Origin: an uncultured virus (IMG/VR IMGVR_UViG_3300025288_000019)
Lineage: Duplodnaviria; Heunggongvirae; Uroviricota; Caudoviricetes; Schitoviridae
Virus record (IMG/VR): IMGVR_UViG_3300025288_000019
Reading direction: 5' to 3' (one strand)
DNA: 64,000 nucleotides
Shown here: positions 8,318-17,732 of the stretch, one piece after another
Layout: every line of letters starts with the position of its first letter
How positions within the stretch are numbered: the first letter of the stretch is position 1
Translations under genes and position numbers: made by a program
The notes under the pieces: model-generated
What the model saw: the letters and a program-made list of their open reading frames with translations, nothing else
Databases searched by the model: none
What the model was told of the DNA's origin: nothing

Positions 8318-10486
8318 TTATTGTTTAGAATTACGTTTTAATACTGCTCTGCCAACAGATACAAATATAGTGTCTTCTAGTTCTTTAATGGTTAGCTTAT
8401 CCTCTAATTTATTATTTAGGTCACACACCCTATCTCTTACATAATCAACTGGGTGCCCCATATCAACTAATATAAGAGCATATCTAATTAGCTGATTATT
8501 TCTACTGCCAATATCACTATTCTGTATAAACCATTTTTCTATATTGGTCATAGATTGCATACTAACACTAACCTTTTTTCGTTCGTCATTCTTAACAGTT
8601 TTAGGAATAAAAGGTAGTGCATCAAGCAGCTTACTCGTATTGTTATACTCATATGAACCAAGTGAACAAGTTAACCACTTACGTGATCGTTGACCTGTTT
8701 GAGTATCTACTTCAAATGGAAGCCATTCATAAATATTACTCATAAACTCTTTAAAATCTGCGGCATCTAACGCTAAATGATAATTGATGGGCATTATTAT
8801 TCTAAACCTATTATTTGTTACTGTATGCCGTTTAGTCGTGTGTATAAGATATGTGTACTCTTTCAGTAATAGCCTAACTTGGCTAAGTGTTACTCCGCTA
8901 TCGACATCAAGTACAATCATGTCAAAGCCTGGAATAATGTTCTCTTCAGCTCTATGGCCATTTGTCGTATGATGAGTAATCCAGTTAAGATTATTAGACC
9001 AGATTAGCTTATGTAGAAGTTCCCATTTAGGTGCTGGATTGCTAATATTAGCGTACCCATCAGAGATATTAGCACTATAAGCCAAAACTAAATTGTTCAA
9101 ATCAACTGGTTTAAGCGTCTCACCTGTAAGAAATTCAATACCACTACTAAAGGATTTTTTAATAATTATTTGATTTTTATACCCCCATGCAATAGCTAGC
9201 TGCATTAAGTCTGCTTTTTGAACTGCAGAACCTTTATAAAATGGTAAATCTTCTGTTAAATCTACATGAGTTACTTCACGGTTAATGCTAGCAATATACT
9301 TAGCTAATTTAACATAGTTGCGTTCTCGATTAAGTATGCTTATAAATGCTTCTCCAGATGTCTCTACAAGTTTAATGGCATGATATAGATTATCTTCAGT
9401 AATCTCTGAATGCTCGTCAATAAAGGCATATGTACCAGCTATCTTAAGGGCTTTAAAATATCTATGAGCAAGTTCAGCTTTACGAATTTCTTCATGCTCT
9501 CCCAGTAACGCAACAAGTTTATCACATGATAATTTGTATTCAATTAAAAGTAGGCTAACATCTTTTGACACTGTAATAATTTTATTATAATTTAGTTCAT
9601 GTGCTAATCGTCCTAATTTTATAGAAAGATCGGCCAAATAATTATCTACAGCTGTATCAGTTAATAAATTATACACTTGAATAGGAGTTAAATTGTTTTC
9701 TTTACAACTTATTTTGGTATACCCGAATAAACAGCGTCTAGCATATCCTGTTTCAAGAAATGAATAGAACTCTTCTTCAGTTTTACCACCATTAAGCAAT
9801 TTGCTAGGTGTACCAAATAGCAATAGATTAGTAGGTGTCCCTCCTTCAATTTCTTCAGATCGTACATTGTCCTTAGTATTCTTTGTAAGCTTCTGTTTAA
9901 TCTTCCCAACATCAAACAACTCTAAAAACGTTGATAATACATCTGAATTACTTAATAAATTTGAGCCAATCTCATCAATTTCAAGATTCATTGAGCCAAT
10001 CCCAGCCATAAGTAACTTATGACGCATTTGCTTTACTGCAGCAGTAGTTCCTGAATCAAATGAGAAAGCTAAAACGCCTAGCTCTTTAAATTCTTTTGTA
10101 ACTGCTGTGAGCACTTCGTCATCATCATCACCAGTGATAGCTGCGCGTTTAGACGCTAATTGAGCTAGATTTCGTTCTGAAACTATTGGGTAAGTTTCTT
10201 CAAAAAATACTGATCTAAAATTGTTAATAATTTGATCTTCGATAATATTAGTAGAGTGACCTTTACCCTGTCCTGAACTAGCAAGATTAACTGCATATAA
10301 ATTTACAGGAATTTTACCCCTATCTTGAGTTAATATACTAACTCGCATCATTGCTGTAATTTTTGCTAAATAGTAATTTATCAATATTCTAAAGAACATT
10401 GGATTAGTATTCTGTGTTTTGCGACATAAAATATCAACAATTTGTTCTGCTATTGGATGATATGTATATTGGTCAAGTGGCCTCAT
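8318..10486 (-). CDS. N4 gp43-like DNA primase (NTPase plus primase domains)
   Basis: SSGQGKGHS, IDEIGSNL, VLDVD, HTTKRH, RFRIIMP, GSRNNQL; synteny. Confidence 0.85.
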   Translation of the reverse strand: MRPLDQYTYHPIAEQIVDILCRKTQNTNPMFFRILINYYLAKITAMMRVSILTQDRGKIPVNLYAVNLASSGQGKGHSTNIIEDQIINNFRSVFFEETYPIVSERNLAQLASKRAAITGDDDDEVLTAVTKEFKELGVLAFSFDSGTTAAVKQMRHKLLMAGIGSMNLEIDEIGSNLLSNSDVLSTFLELFDVGKIKQKLTKNTKDNVRSEEIEGGTPTNLLLFGTPSKLLNGGKTEEEFYSFLETGYARRCLFGYTKISCKENNLTPIQVYNLLTDTAVDNYLADLSIKLGRLAHELNYNKIITVSKDVSLLLIEYKLSCDKLVALLGEHEEIRKAELAHRYFKALKIAGTYAFIDEHSEITEDNLYHAIKLVETSGEAFISILNRERNYVKLAKYIASINREVTHVDLTEDLPFYKGSAVQKADLMQLAIAWGYKNQIIIKKSFSSGIEFLTGETLKPVDLNNLVLAYSANISDGYANISNPAPKWELLHKLIWSNNLNWITHHTTNGHRAEENIIPGFDMIVLDVDSGVTLSQVRLLLKEYTYLIHTTKRHTVTNNRFRIIMPINYHLALDAADFKEFMSNIYEWLPFEVDTQTGQRSRKWLTCSLGSYEYNNTSKLLDALPFIPKTVKNDERKKVSVSMQSMTNIEKWFIQNSDIGSRNNQLIRYALILVDMGHPVDYVRDRVCDLNNKLEDKLTIKELEDTIFVSVGRAVLKRNSKQ

Positions 10487-10495
10487 AAATATTCC

Positions 10496-11476
10496 TTATA
10501 TAATTAGTGATCCATTGGCAAGATACTCATTTTTTTGAGAGCACAATTTAAATGCTGCGCAATAAACACATGCTTTAACTTGCCCTTTTATTTCTTTAAC
10601 CAAACCATTACTGCCATCTTGTACCAACTGGCATAGCACATCATTATAGCAGTCAAAGTTTTTTGTGCTGCGCTTTGTCTTAGCTGGATTTTTATAGTAT
10701 TTAAATACTGACTGTGATCTCCATAAATCTTCGTCAGTACAGTAAGGTAATGCTTCTTCAGGTGCATCCCATAATTTAGTAAGCTCATTTAGTTTACTTT
10801 TAACCCAGCTATCTATGTAAACTTCAGAATGCAATGCTAGTACAACTTCTACTATTCTATTTGCAGGGTAACCCTTACTAGCTTCACTTATCGATTTGCT
10901 TTTATTCCAATCAGTAAAAATATACTGAATAGCCATGTGGTCATCTGTGACTAATTCAGGATTTAACCAACGATACATACTACCTTGTAAGATAAATTTT
11001 TTATTATTGGATTTATTTAAATATGTGTAAACACTTGTGCTCTTAAAATCTTCTAATCTGCCATTAGCGATAAAATCATATTTACCTGAAACAATAAAAT
11101 TACCCACACGTTTAGTAACTCGTTGTTCCATATAAATAGGTATAGTTCCTGGTTCAGCTGTTGCTGGGTTAATACGAATACTATCAATAACTTTTTGCGG
11201 ATAGCCTAATAAAGCTAATCCTTCTCTATAGTTATTAAGCCATGCTGCGTTAATAGCAGTGTGCAGAGCTGTACCCATACTACTAGGGATCATTGCTGAT
11301 ATATCTGTAGTTGCTTGTTCATTAATGGTAACTCTATTAGCCAGTACAATCTGTCTTGCTGGCTTTAACAAGCTTGTGACACTAATAGTATTACTGTCAC
11401 CGCTATAGTCATATGAATCTTCAGCAAGCCATACAGCTAATGACATTGGTACTGCTGTTTTATTTGTGTATTTCAT
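10496..11476 (-). CDS. N4 gp42-like PD-(D/E)XK exonuclease
   Basis: Start re-called at MKYTNKT (GAGGAG RBS); MGTALH, SGKYDF, LEDFKST, C-terminal ACVYC..C. Confidence 0.85.
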   Translation of the reverse strand: MKYTNKTAVPMSLAVWLAEDSYDYSGDSNTISVTSLLKPARQIVLANRVTINEQATTDISAMIPSSMGTALHTAINAAWLNNYREGLALLGYPQKVIDSIRINPATAEPGTIPIYMEQRVTKRVGNFIVSGKYDFIANGRLEDFKSTSVYTYLNKSNNKKFILQGSMYRWLNPELVTDDHMAIQYIFTDWNKSKSISEASKGYPANRIVEVVLALHSEVYIDSWVKSKLNELTKLWDAPEEALPYCTDEDLWRSQSVFKYYKNPAKTKRSTKNFDCYNDVLCQLVQDGSNGLVKEIKGQVKACVYCAAFKLCSQKNEYLANGSLII

Positions 11477-11497
11477 TAGACTCCTCAAATAAGTTAT

Positions 11498-11574
11498 TGG
11501 TAGGCGTGGAGGGATTCGAACCCACACTTGAAGGATTTTAAGTCCTTTTCCTCTGCCAGTTGGGATACACACCC
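11498..11574 (-). tRNA. tRNA-Leu(UAA), 77 nt, CCA encoded
   Basis: GGGTGTG/CACGCCT acceptor stem, anticodon arm AAGGA-CT TAA AA-TCCTT, TTCGAAT T-loop, ACCA end. Confidence 0.9.
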
Positions 11575-11690
11575 AATAACAAAGATCACTCCAAATGCCG
11601 AAGGCATATTTACTTAAATAAATTGTATTAAGACTAAATGTGTACTTGGAAATTATAGAGAGAGATGGGTATAACTGGTACAGCCATATA

Positions 11691-12038
11691 TTATATAGCT
11701 GGAGGTACACTGGGAATAGAATGTTTTTTTGCTTCTACAATCAGTCCTTCTAATAGCAGAGAGTAATTTATTGTATCTGATAATTTATCATCAATAAGTT
11801 GTTGATTAGGGAAAACTCCATTAGCACAGTCTAAAACCATATCTTTAACAGACACAAGATGTTTAACCCACATACCCCATAATGCTTCAAATTCAGAATT
11901 ATTACTCATAGCAGCGGCAGTGTAGAAATTGTGCAATCTATCACCATTACGAGAATATTCCATACCTTTTGTATTAAGTAAGCTAAGGCAATGTTCAACT
12001 CTTTGTGTAGATAATTCTTCAAATTCTTTTGCGTTCAT
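11691..12038 (-). CDS. All-alpha nucleotide-modification/NTP-PPase-associated protein (DUF1599-like)
   Basis: KGMEYS..DRLHNF...KHL...DTINYSLLL pattern. Confidence 0.55.
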   Translation of the reverse strand: MNAKEFEELSTQRVEHCLSLLNTKGMEYSRNGDRLHNFYTAAAMSNNSEFEALWGMWVKHLVSVKDMVLDCANGVFPNQQLIDDKLSDTINYSLLLEGLIVEAKKHSIPSVPPAI

Positions 12039-12047
12039 ATAATCTCC

Positions 12048-12665
12048 TTATTCTGCTGCATTACGATGAACACTTAATCTGATATTAGCGGCTGTTAGAG
12101 CTAACGAATTGACTTTTGTTGCTGCTACTGCACAAGTATTAAGACACATCTTAGGGATAAAGCCACTAGACGGTATAGAGCCAGTAAACCACATACGGTA
12201 GTTCCATATTTTACCACAAGTAGGGCATTTACACTTCCAATCTTTTATATCAGGTTGCCTTATGTTATTAAAAGTTGATTTTATCTTAACAGTCGAGGTA
12301 GCTAATGCTGTTTGTGGCTTACACTGGCGTTTAGGCGGTATATATTTAACGTCAATACCTTTACATTTAATATGATTTCGTATTACTGCTACACTACAGT
12401 TTGCTTCAGCAGCCATTTGACAGTATGTTTTACCATTAGCTAATATCTTAGTAGTAGCCCCATATCCTCTAGGCTTACTTTGGCGTTCAATAAATATTAG
12501 TTGAATATTATACCTATAAATGTAAAGCCAATTTATAAGTGTTTTCCGTGGTCTATTCCATTCTTTTGCTAATTCATTAAGGGTTACTTTTCTATTTTGT
12601 TCAGGCCAATCATAATATTTAATAGGTTGCAGATGTCCTCTCTTTTTTTTCTTAACCTGGTTCAC
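12048..12665 (-). CDS. Hypothetical basic protein with HTH-like segments and a C-terminal Zn ribbon
   Basis: TLNELAKEW, TYCQMAAEANCS, CKCPTC...C...C; GTG start with GGAGG RBS. Confidence 0.6.
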   Translation of the reverse strand: MNQVKKKKRGHLQPIKYYDWPEQNRKVTLNELAKEWNRPRKTLINWLYIYRYNIQLIFIERQSKPRGYGATTKILANGKTYCQMAAEANCSVAVIRNHIKCKGIDVKYIPPKRQCKPQTALATSTVKIKSTFNNIRQPDIKDWKCKCPTCGKIWNYRMWFTGSIPSSGFIPKMCLNTCAVAATKVNSLALTAANIRLSVHRNAAE

Positions 12666-12723
12666 TTATTCCTCCCATATTGTTTAGTTGTTCTTATTGC
12701 ATAAACCCGTGTCTGACTTTATT

Positions 12724-13164
12724 CTAGCCATTTGTGTACTCTCCTATAACATGAATTAATGTTTTAGGTGTATTAGAGTAGACTTTACGTTCACGAGATT
12801 CATAAACTAATGAGTCATCTTCCCAAATAACCTGGTTAAAACAATCGTACACGTACTTAGTATAATTGTCGATGTCAGGTTTTGTCATAGGGTATAAAGG
12901 CATGTTTAATTTTAAACAATCACTTTTTTTACCTATGCCATAGTGGCTTTTAGGTCTTGCAATATGAAAAATAATTTCAATTTTCACTAAGCCATTAAAG
13001 CAAGTAAAATTTTTTGGTAATTGTTGTATTACACACTGCTTAAATTCGTCATTTTGCTTATGCTGAGGGTTATACATATGTATAAACTTACCCCTACGAG
13101 CAAGCTTATGTCTAGCTTTAGAAATTGGCTGTCCTGGTATACACAGATTGAGTTCTTTAATCAT
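12724..13164 (-). CDS. rusA: RusA-family Holliday junction resolvase (copy 2)
   Basis: Start re-called at MIKELNLCIPGQPISKARH; KPDIDNYTKYVYDCFNQVIWEDDSLV. Confidence 0.88.
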   Translation of the reverse strand: MIKELNLCIPGQPISKARHKLARRGKFIHMYNPQHKQNDEFKQCVIQQLPKNFTCFNGLVKIEIIFHIARPKSHYGIGKKSDCLKLNMPLYPMTKPDIDNYTKYVYDCFNQVIWEDDSLVYESRERKVYSNTPKTLIHVIGEYTNG

Positions 13165-13780
13165 GCTGTTTAATTTTGGCTTTATTAGCAATTTCTTTAA
13201 TGCTACTCTCATCAGCAGTGTTAGGAACTGCATGCGAATATGCCCAATTAGGCCAATATAACTCAAGCTTAGACGACATTTTTACAGTGTCATGCTTTAA
13301 CTCAGGTAAGTCACTCCATCGCATACACTCAATTAAATTATCATTTACCCATTTAACTATATGAACATCATCTTTAACTACATAGTATTGTGCATCATGG
13401 ATATGTGCAGATGGATGAATATCATAACGGTAAGGTGAAGCTAAACAGCGTTTTTGAAACTCAATAGCAGCTCTTTCATTGAGCATACAATAGCTTTGAC
13501 CTAACGCGTTACCTGCTGATCTACGTTCAGCCATAGCAATAAATGGGGTATAGTTTGTGTTGCAGATAGTTTGCTTTAGAATAGGAGTACGCAATCTTAA
13601 ACCAAAGGCACAAGTAACATACCCAGTAATACTGGCTTGATCCAGTTTAGCATTAACCCAATCATCAGATACTTTATATAATGAGTGGTAGTTTGTTTCA
13701 ATTTTTAAAGCAGTATCTTTAGAAAATCCACAGTTTTTTATAAGTGTAGCGAATGTCCCCCCATAAGTTAAGGCAAAAGT
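13157..13780 (-). CDS. Family A DNA polymerase, C-terminal segment (second half of motif B to motif C); no own start codon
   Basis: Open frame from ACT at 13780: TFALTYGG...AFGLRLRTP...AERRSAGNALGQS...HIHDAQY. Confidence 0.85.
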   Translation of the reverse strand, partial: TFALTYGGTFATLIKNCGFSKDTALKIETNYHSLYKVSDDWVNAKLDQASITGYVTCAFGLRLRTPILKQTICNTNYTPFIAMAERRSAGNALGQSYCMLNERAAIEFQKRCLASPYRYDIHPSAHIHDAQYYVVKDDVHIVKWVNDNLIECMRWSDLPELKHDTVKMSSKLELYWPNWAYSHAVPNTADESSIKEIANKAKIKQHD

Positions 13781-13908
13781 TAAGTTGGGGCCTTACTTTG
13801 TTGACGTAAGGCCCCATGCTCCTTTTTAAGCTGATTTATTGTATGTACAGAATAGTCTATCTTAGATATTTCTTGTATTTTAGTATCATTTGTTAGAATA
13901 ATATCCAT
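13780..13908 (-). CDS. DNA polymerase middle segment (42 aa, ends LRQQSKAPT-stop)
   Basis: Hand-translated MDIILTNDTKIQEISKIDYSVHTINQLKKEHGALRQQSKAPT*; AAGGAGG upstream; carries the first half of motif B. Confidence 0.8.
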   Translation of the reverse strand: MDIILTNDTKIQEISKIDYSVHTINQLKKEHGALRQQSKAPT

Positions 13909-13916
13909 TTTATTTA

Positions 13917-15932
13917 TTAGCCCTCCTTGCAACAAGCAGCGTAATACTCTTCTACGGAAATTCTCTTATTAGTGGCATCTATAACAAAATCCCCACTTTT
14001 ACAATACAATTCTTGCCCGTTTATGTTTAACTTAAAACATCTATCTGTATCTTCAGGTAAGCTAACATTTGGTAACTGTTCTCGAAAGTAATAAAATGTA
14101 CGCAGGCAATGACCATCGTAACCATGCTCATAAACAGCCATTTTATTAGGATCACGGGTAAGCAAAGCATTTACTTTATCCTCTAGAGAATCAAAATCTG
14201 ACCCACAAAATATATATCCAAATGGGGATATAAATGCTTGTTTAACTAACTTAGCATAAATTGAATTTGAAGGAATATTAGTAAGATTTGGTTCAGACGA
14301 AGATAAACGGCCTGACTGAGTACCCCCTAAATTAAAATTACCATATAATCTCCAGCTACCGTCAGGTAACTGTTGAGCTTGTTCAAACGCAGGTATAAAG
14401 CTGGTTAATATTTTGTCTGCTTGGGATAATCCAATAAATGCTTCAAGTAATAATGTGTGTTCTTCACATTTTGTAAAGTTAAGTAGTTTAGCAAGTGTTT
14501 TAACTCCTGTTGATGGAAAACCTCCTTTAGTAAAATCTATTGGTTCATAGCCTAAATAATCATAAATTAGTCTTTGCAGTTGTTTATCACTATGAGGGTT
14601 AAACTTAATTTGAGCAAAATCTTCTATTACTCTAACCTTTGTTTTTAATTTAAGATTATCTGCAGTAACTTTTTCTTGTAGTATTTGATAATGACAATCA
14701 TTTACTATGGGGGAATTAGCAATATATGCTTTATGTGCTTTAACAATATCTTTTAGTGTAGCTTTAACATTTTGTACTTGTGTTGGGTCAATAGGCATAC
14801 CAGATAATTCCATTTGTAGAATTACTTTTAACCCAGGTTTAAACAGTACCTCATAGGTATTAAGTTGGTCATCAGCTATCATTTTAGGTGTGTATTTATC
14901 AGCTACATACCATGTGCAGCATGCGTCTGTTAAGTTGTATTCAAGCAGTTTAGGCAAAGGTACTTTTTCAGTGTCAGTAATGTCTTCTAAAGCGTAATTA
15001 CCGGCAAATTCACGTGATAATACCTTAAGTTTTAAAACATTCTCCACAGTGTTATTTGTGGCTAAATAAGTAATAATTTTAGTGTCTTCACAATTACTGT
15101 GCAAAATTTCTATACCTTTTTGCATACCTATATAGTCAGCTAAATGCTGCATCCATAATTGATAAACCAATACCTTAATATCAAATGTTGCATTATGATA
15201 AATAATTTTACCTTTATAACGAGTAAAAAATGCTCGCAATACTAGCCTAATTTGCTCACTATCTTTATGCCTATCTATAGCAAAGGCTAGTCCTTCACAC
15301 TGATTCCACGCAAAAGCTATAGTGCTAATTCCACAGTTGTAGAATTTCAATCCTCGTGTCTCTATGTCACAAGTAATTGATTTGTACTGGTGAAGTCGAG
15401 CTAAAGCTAAAGTTATATCTTCGATAGTCTGAGGGTACTGAGGATTTTTTAAAGTTAACTTACCTGGGCTAGCATATGTACCTGCCAAGAAGTTAATAAC
15501 TGTCTGGTTAGCTAAGTCTAACTTAAGCTGTAAAGCAGGATTATAAAGAATGGCTTGGTAATTAGGAGCTAGAATAACGTTAATATGTTCGTAACCTTTG
15601 ATAGCACATTTTAAAACATGCCCGTAATAAAGGTCTGCCTTAGTTTTGCCTGCTAAAGTCTTAAAATAAGCCGAATCAGCTACTAATACCGTGTGAATAT
15701 CCATACCTGTGATAACGGGTAAAAGCTCTGCTAAATAGCCTTTTTGGTGTGCTACTGAGCAGTTACCAGATGATGGGTAGTCTAAGCTAAACGCAGCATA
15801 ATTGTTAGGATTACCCATCACATAGTTATTTTGGATTTGCTTATTTTTAAAACTAGCTGTTTTTATAAGTATTGCCACACGAGCTATTGCAGCTTGCTCT
15901 TGTAAACCAAAATAACAAGATAACATACGCAT
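13917..15932 (-). CDS. Family A DNA polymerase, N-terminal part (N4 gp39-like; 3'-5' exonuclease and motif A)
   Basis: CDIET, YHNATFD, YNLTDA exonuclease motifs; TQSGRLSSSEPNL; GSDFDSLED motif A; YDGHCLR. Confidence 0.93.
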   Translation of the reverse strand: MRMLSCYFGLQEQAAIARVAILIKTASFKNKQIQNNYVMGNPNNYAAFSLDYPSSGNCSVAHQKGYLAELLPVITGMDIHTVLVADSAYFKTLAGKTKADLYYGHVLKCAIKGYEHINVILAPNYQAILYNPALQLKLDLANQTVINFLAGTYASPGKLTLKNPQYPQTIEDITLALARLHQYKSITCDIETRGLKFYNCGISTIAFAWNQCEGLAFAIDRHKDSEQIRLVLRAFFTRYKGKIIYHNATFDIKVLVYQLWMQHLADYIGMQKGIEILHSNCEDTKIITYLATNNTVENVLKLKVLSREFAGNYALEDITDTEKVPLPKLLEYNLTDACCTWYVADKYTPKMIADDQLNTYEVLFKPGLKVILQMELSGMPIDPTQVQNVKATLKDIVKAHKAYIANSPIVNDCHYQILQEKVTADNLKLKTKVRVIEDFAQIKFNPHSDKQLQRLIYDYLGYEPIDFTKGGFPSTGVKTLAKLLNFTKCEEHTLLLEAFIGLSQADKILTSFIPAFEQAQQLPDGSWRLYGNFNLGGTQSGRLSSSEPNLTNIPSNSIYAKLVKQAFISPFGYIFCGSDFDSLEDKVNALLTRDPNKMAVYEHGYDGHCLRTFYYFREQLPNVSLPEDTDRCFKLNINGQELYCKSGDFVIDATNKRISVEEYYAACCKEG

Positions 15933-16468
15933 TACTCCTTTTGTGATACTAATAATAAATCGGTGAGTAATTTTACGTTAAGCTTATGAATTACTTTTTT
16001 ATATTTTTCTTTAAAAGCAGCAATTTCTTCTTCTGTCATTTCATTACCAATATTAAATATACTCGTATTAGAAATATTAGTTGGCAACTGTAATGTGCTA
16101 GGCAGTAATTTAGATAAATCGTTAATATGCCTAGCATTAAGCAAAACAATCGATATGTAGTTACTAAGCTGGTTTACACTAGCTATATGTTCAAAATTAT
16201 TTTCATGGCATAAATTATACATTTGCTGTTTTAACGAAATATGCAATATACGATTTGCCCCACCTTTAATTTTATCACCTCCTGAATACCACTTACCTTC
16301 AAATATAAAAGTATTTGTATTTGCTTTCAATAATGCTTGATTTTTAAAGCATAATTTATGTATTTCTAGCCGATTGCTATTTACATAATTTTTATCCAAA
16401 TAAAGCATTAACCAATCATGGAGCATGTAAATATAGGCTGATCTGGTTTGTCTTGCTTTTACATTCAT
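15932..16468 (-). CDS. Hypothetical protein between helicase and polymerase (N4 gp38 position)
   Basis: Synteny; start re-called at MNVKARQ. Confidence 0.6.
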   Translation of the reverse strand: MNVKARQTRSAYIYMLHDWLMLYLDKNYVNSNRLEIHKLCFKNQALLKANTNTFIFEGKWYSGGDKIKGGANRILHISLKQQMYNLCHENNFEHIASVNQLSNYISIVLLNARHINDLSKLLPSTLQLPTNISNTSIFNIGNEMTEEEIAAFKEKYKKVIHKLNVKLLTDLLLVSQKE

Positions 16469-16472
16469 AATA

Positions 16473-17732
16473 CTATCCTGCGTATTTTTGAGGTAAATTA
16501 CCATATAGAACTACTTTATGGCTAGCTCTACTAATCGCTACATAAAGCATTCTAGCTACATCTGTTGAGATGTTACACTTGCTTATATCGCTTAAATCAA
16601 TAAATACAGTGTGATATGTACTTCCTTGGCTTTTATGAACTGTACTTGCGTATACTGGTCTAAGATCAAGCCAGTTATCTTTTATATCAAAATATTTTGT
16701 CCAATTTTTCTCTTTAGCTGCTATTTTCTGCGCTGTATAAGCGTCAATTTGATTATTGGGTAAAAATCTTGTTATTCTGTTATTAATCGTTACATTTTTA
16801 CCAGTAACATTATAAAGTAGCATATCTTGGCTTATACCAGTTATTTTTACGCAAGAATCAGCACTTACAAAATAATTTTTATCTAAAATTGAATTATTCG
16901 TGTGTACAAGTTCGCCTTGATTAAATTCAGGAGTATAATTCAGTATACTACGTATAAATTGGTTATACGCTAATACTTTATTGTTAGTCCATGCGAGTAT
17001 TTTCGCAGTATTAACAGAATAACCTGTATCTGTATACGCTTGTATTACAAGTTCTTTAAACTCGCTACCATTTACGTGTAATATAGATTTATTATCTGGT
17101 TTAATTAAATTAAATATTCCAGTTTTAACTGTTTCTCTAAACATAGCCCCAGTTTGCATAATAAGTCCACTATTACGTATAATTTCATTTAAATAAACTT
17201 TAGCACAATTAAGAGTCTCCATAATAGATTTTTTTTGTTTAACTGGAGCTAATTGATATTGATCTCCAATAAGTAATATTTTGCAATCAATAGTAGTATC
17301 ATCAATTATTTTAAATAACTCATCACTAATAAAGCTGGCTTCATCTATAATAATTAGTGTGTTATAAATTAAGCAGTAGTCTTTTCTTGGCTTAAGTTTT
17401 GTTGAGCCAGTGCTATAATCATTTACTACAACTAATTTTAATAATGAGTGAATTGTACTAACAGGTTGTTGCATAAAATTACTTAGCACAGCAGCAGCTT
17501 TATTAGTTGTAGCAGTATACGCAAAGTCAAATTCATTCTCAGCTTTATTTTTTTTAAGCAGCAAAGAATACATTTTATATCTATTCTTAACAAGTCTAAC
17601 AAGATGCTTAACTAAGGTAGATTTACCTGATCCTGCTGCACCTTGAATAACCATGTATTTATCTGAAGACTCCAAGAATTTAGAGAATACATCTACTGCC
17701 TGTTCCTGATCTTCAGTTAATTTAGCTGTCAC
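16473..17732 (-). CDS. SF1 (Dda/RecD-like) DNA helicase, N4 gp37-like
   Basis: GAAGSGKST, IIDEAS, IGDQYQL, TVHKSQGST, YVAISRA. Confidence 0.92.
   Translation of the reverse strand: MTAKLTEDQEQAVDVFSKFLESSDKYMVIQGAAGSGKSTLVKHLVRLVKNRYKMYSLLLKKNKAENEFDFAYTATTNKAAAVLSNFMQQPVSTIHSLLKLVVVNDYSTGSTKLKPRKDYCLIYNTLIIIDEASFISDELFKIIDDTTIDCKILLIGDQYQLAPVKQKKSIMETLNCAKVYLNEIIRNSGLIMQTGAMFRETVKTGIFNLIKPDNKSILHVNGSEFKELVIQAYTDTGYSVNTAKILAWTNNKVLAYNQFIRSILNYTPEFNQGELVHTNNSILDKNYFVSADSCVKITGISQDMLLYNVTGKNVTINNRITRFLPNNQIDAYTAQKIAAKEKNWTKYFDIKDNWLDLRPVYASTVHKSQGSTYHTVFIDLSDISKCNISTDVARMLYVAISRASHKVVLYGNLPQKYAG

Noticed and set aside
11595..11607. atgcc-GAA-ggcat as an N4-type vRNAP promoter
   Set aside because: Lacks the GC before the loop and lies in the middle region; better explained as an RNA cUUCGg hairpin on the transcribed strand (same for 20695-20707)
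11477..11710. N-terminal extension of the exonuclease ORF in the ORF track
   Set aside because: Overlaps the tRNA gene; a better start with RBS exists at 11476
13157..13594. TTG at 13594 as the start of an independent polymerase C-terminal gene
   Set aside because: It lies within the conserved GLRLRTP motif and would omit the motif B Tyr; the frame is open upstream to 13780
13780..13920. Stop-codon reassignment or a self-splicing intron explaining the polymerase breaks
   Set aside because: Both breaks change frame and involve TAA, other long genes read normally in the standard code, and the gaps (8 nt and 5 nt) are far too small for a group I/II intron
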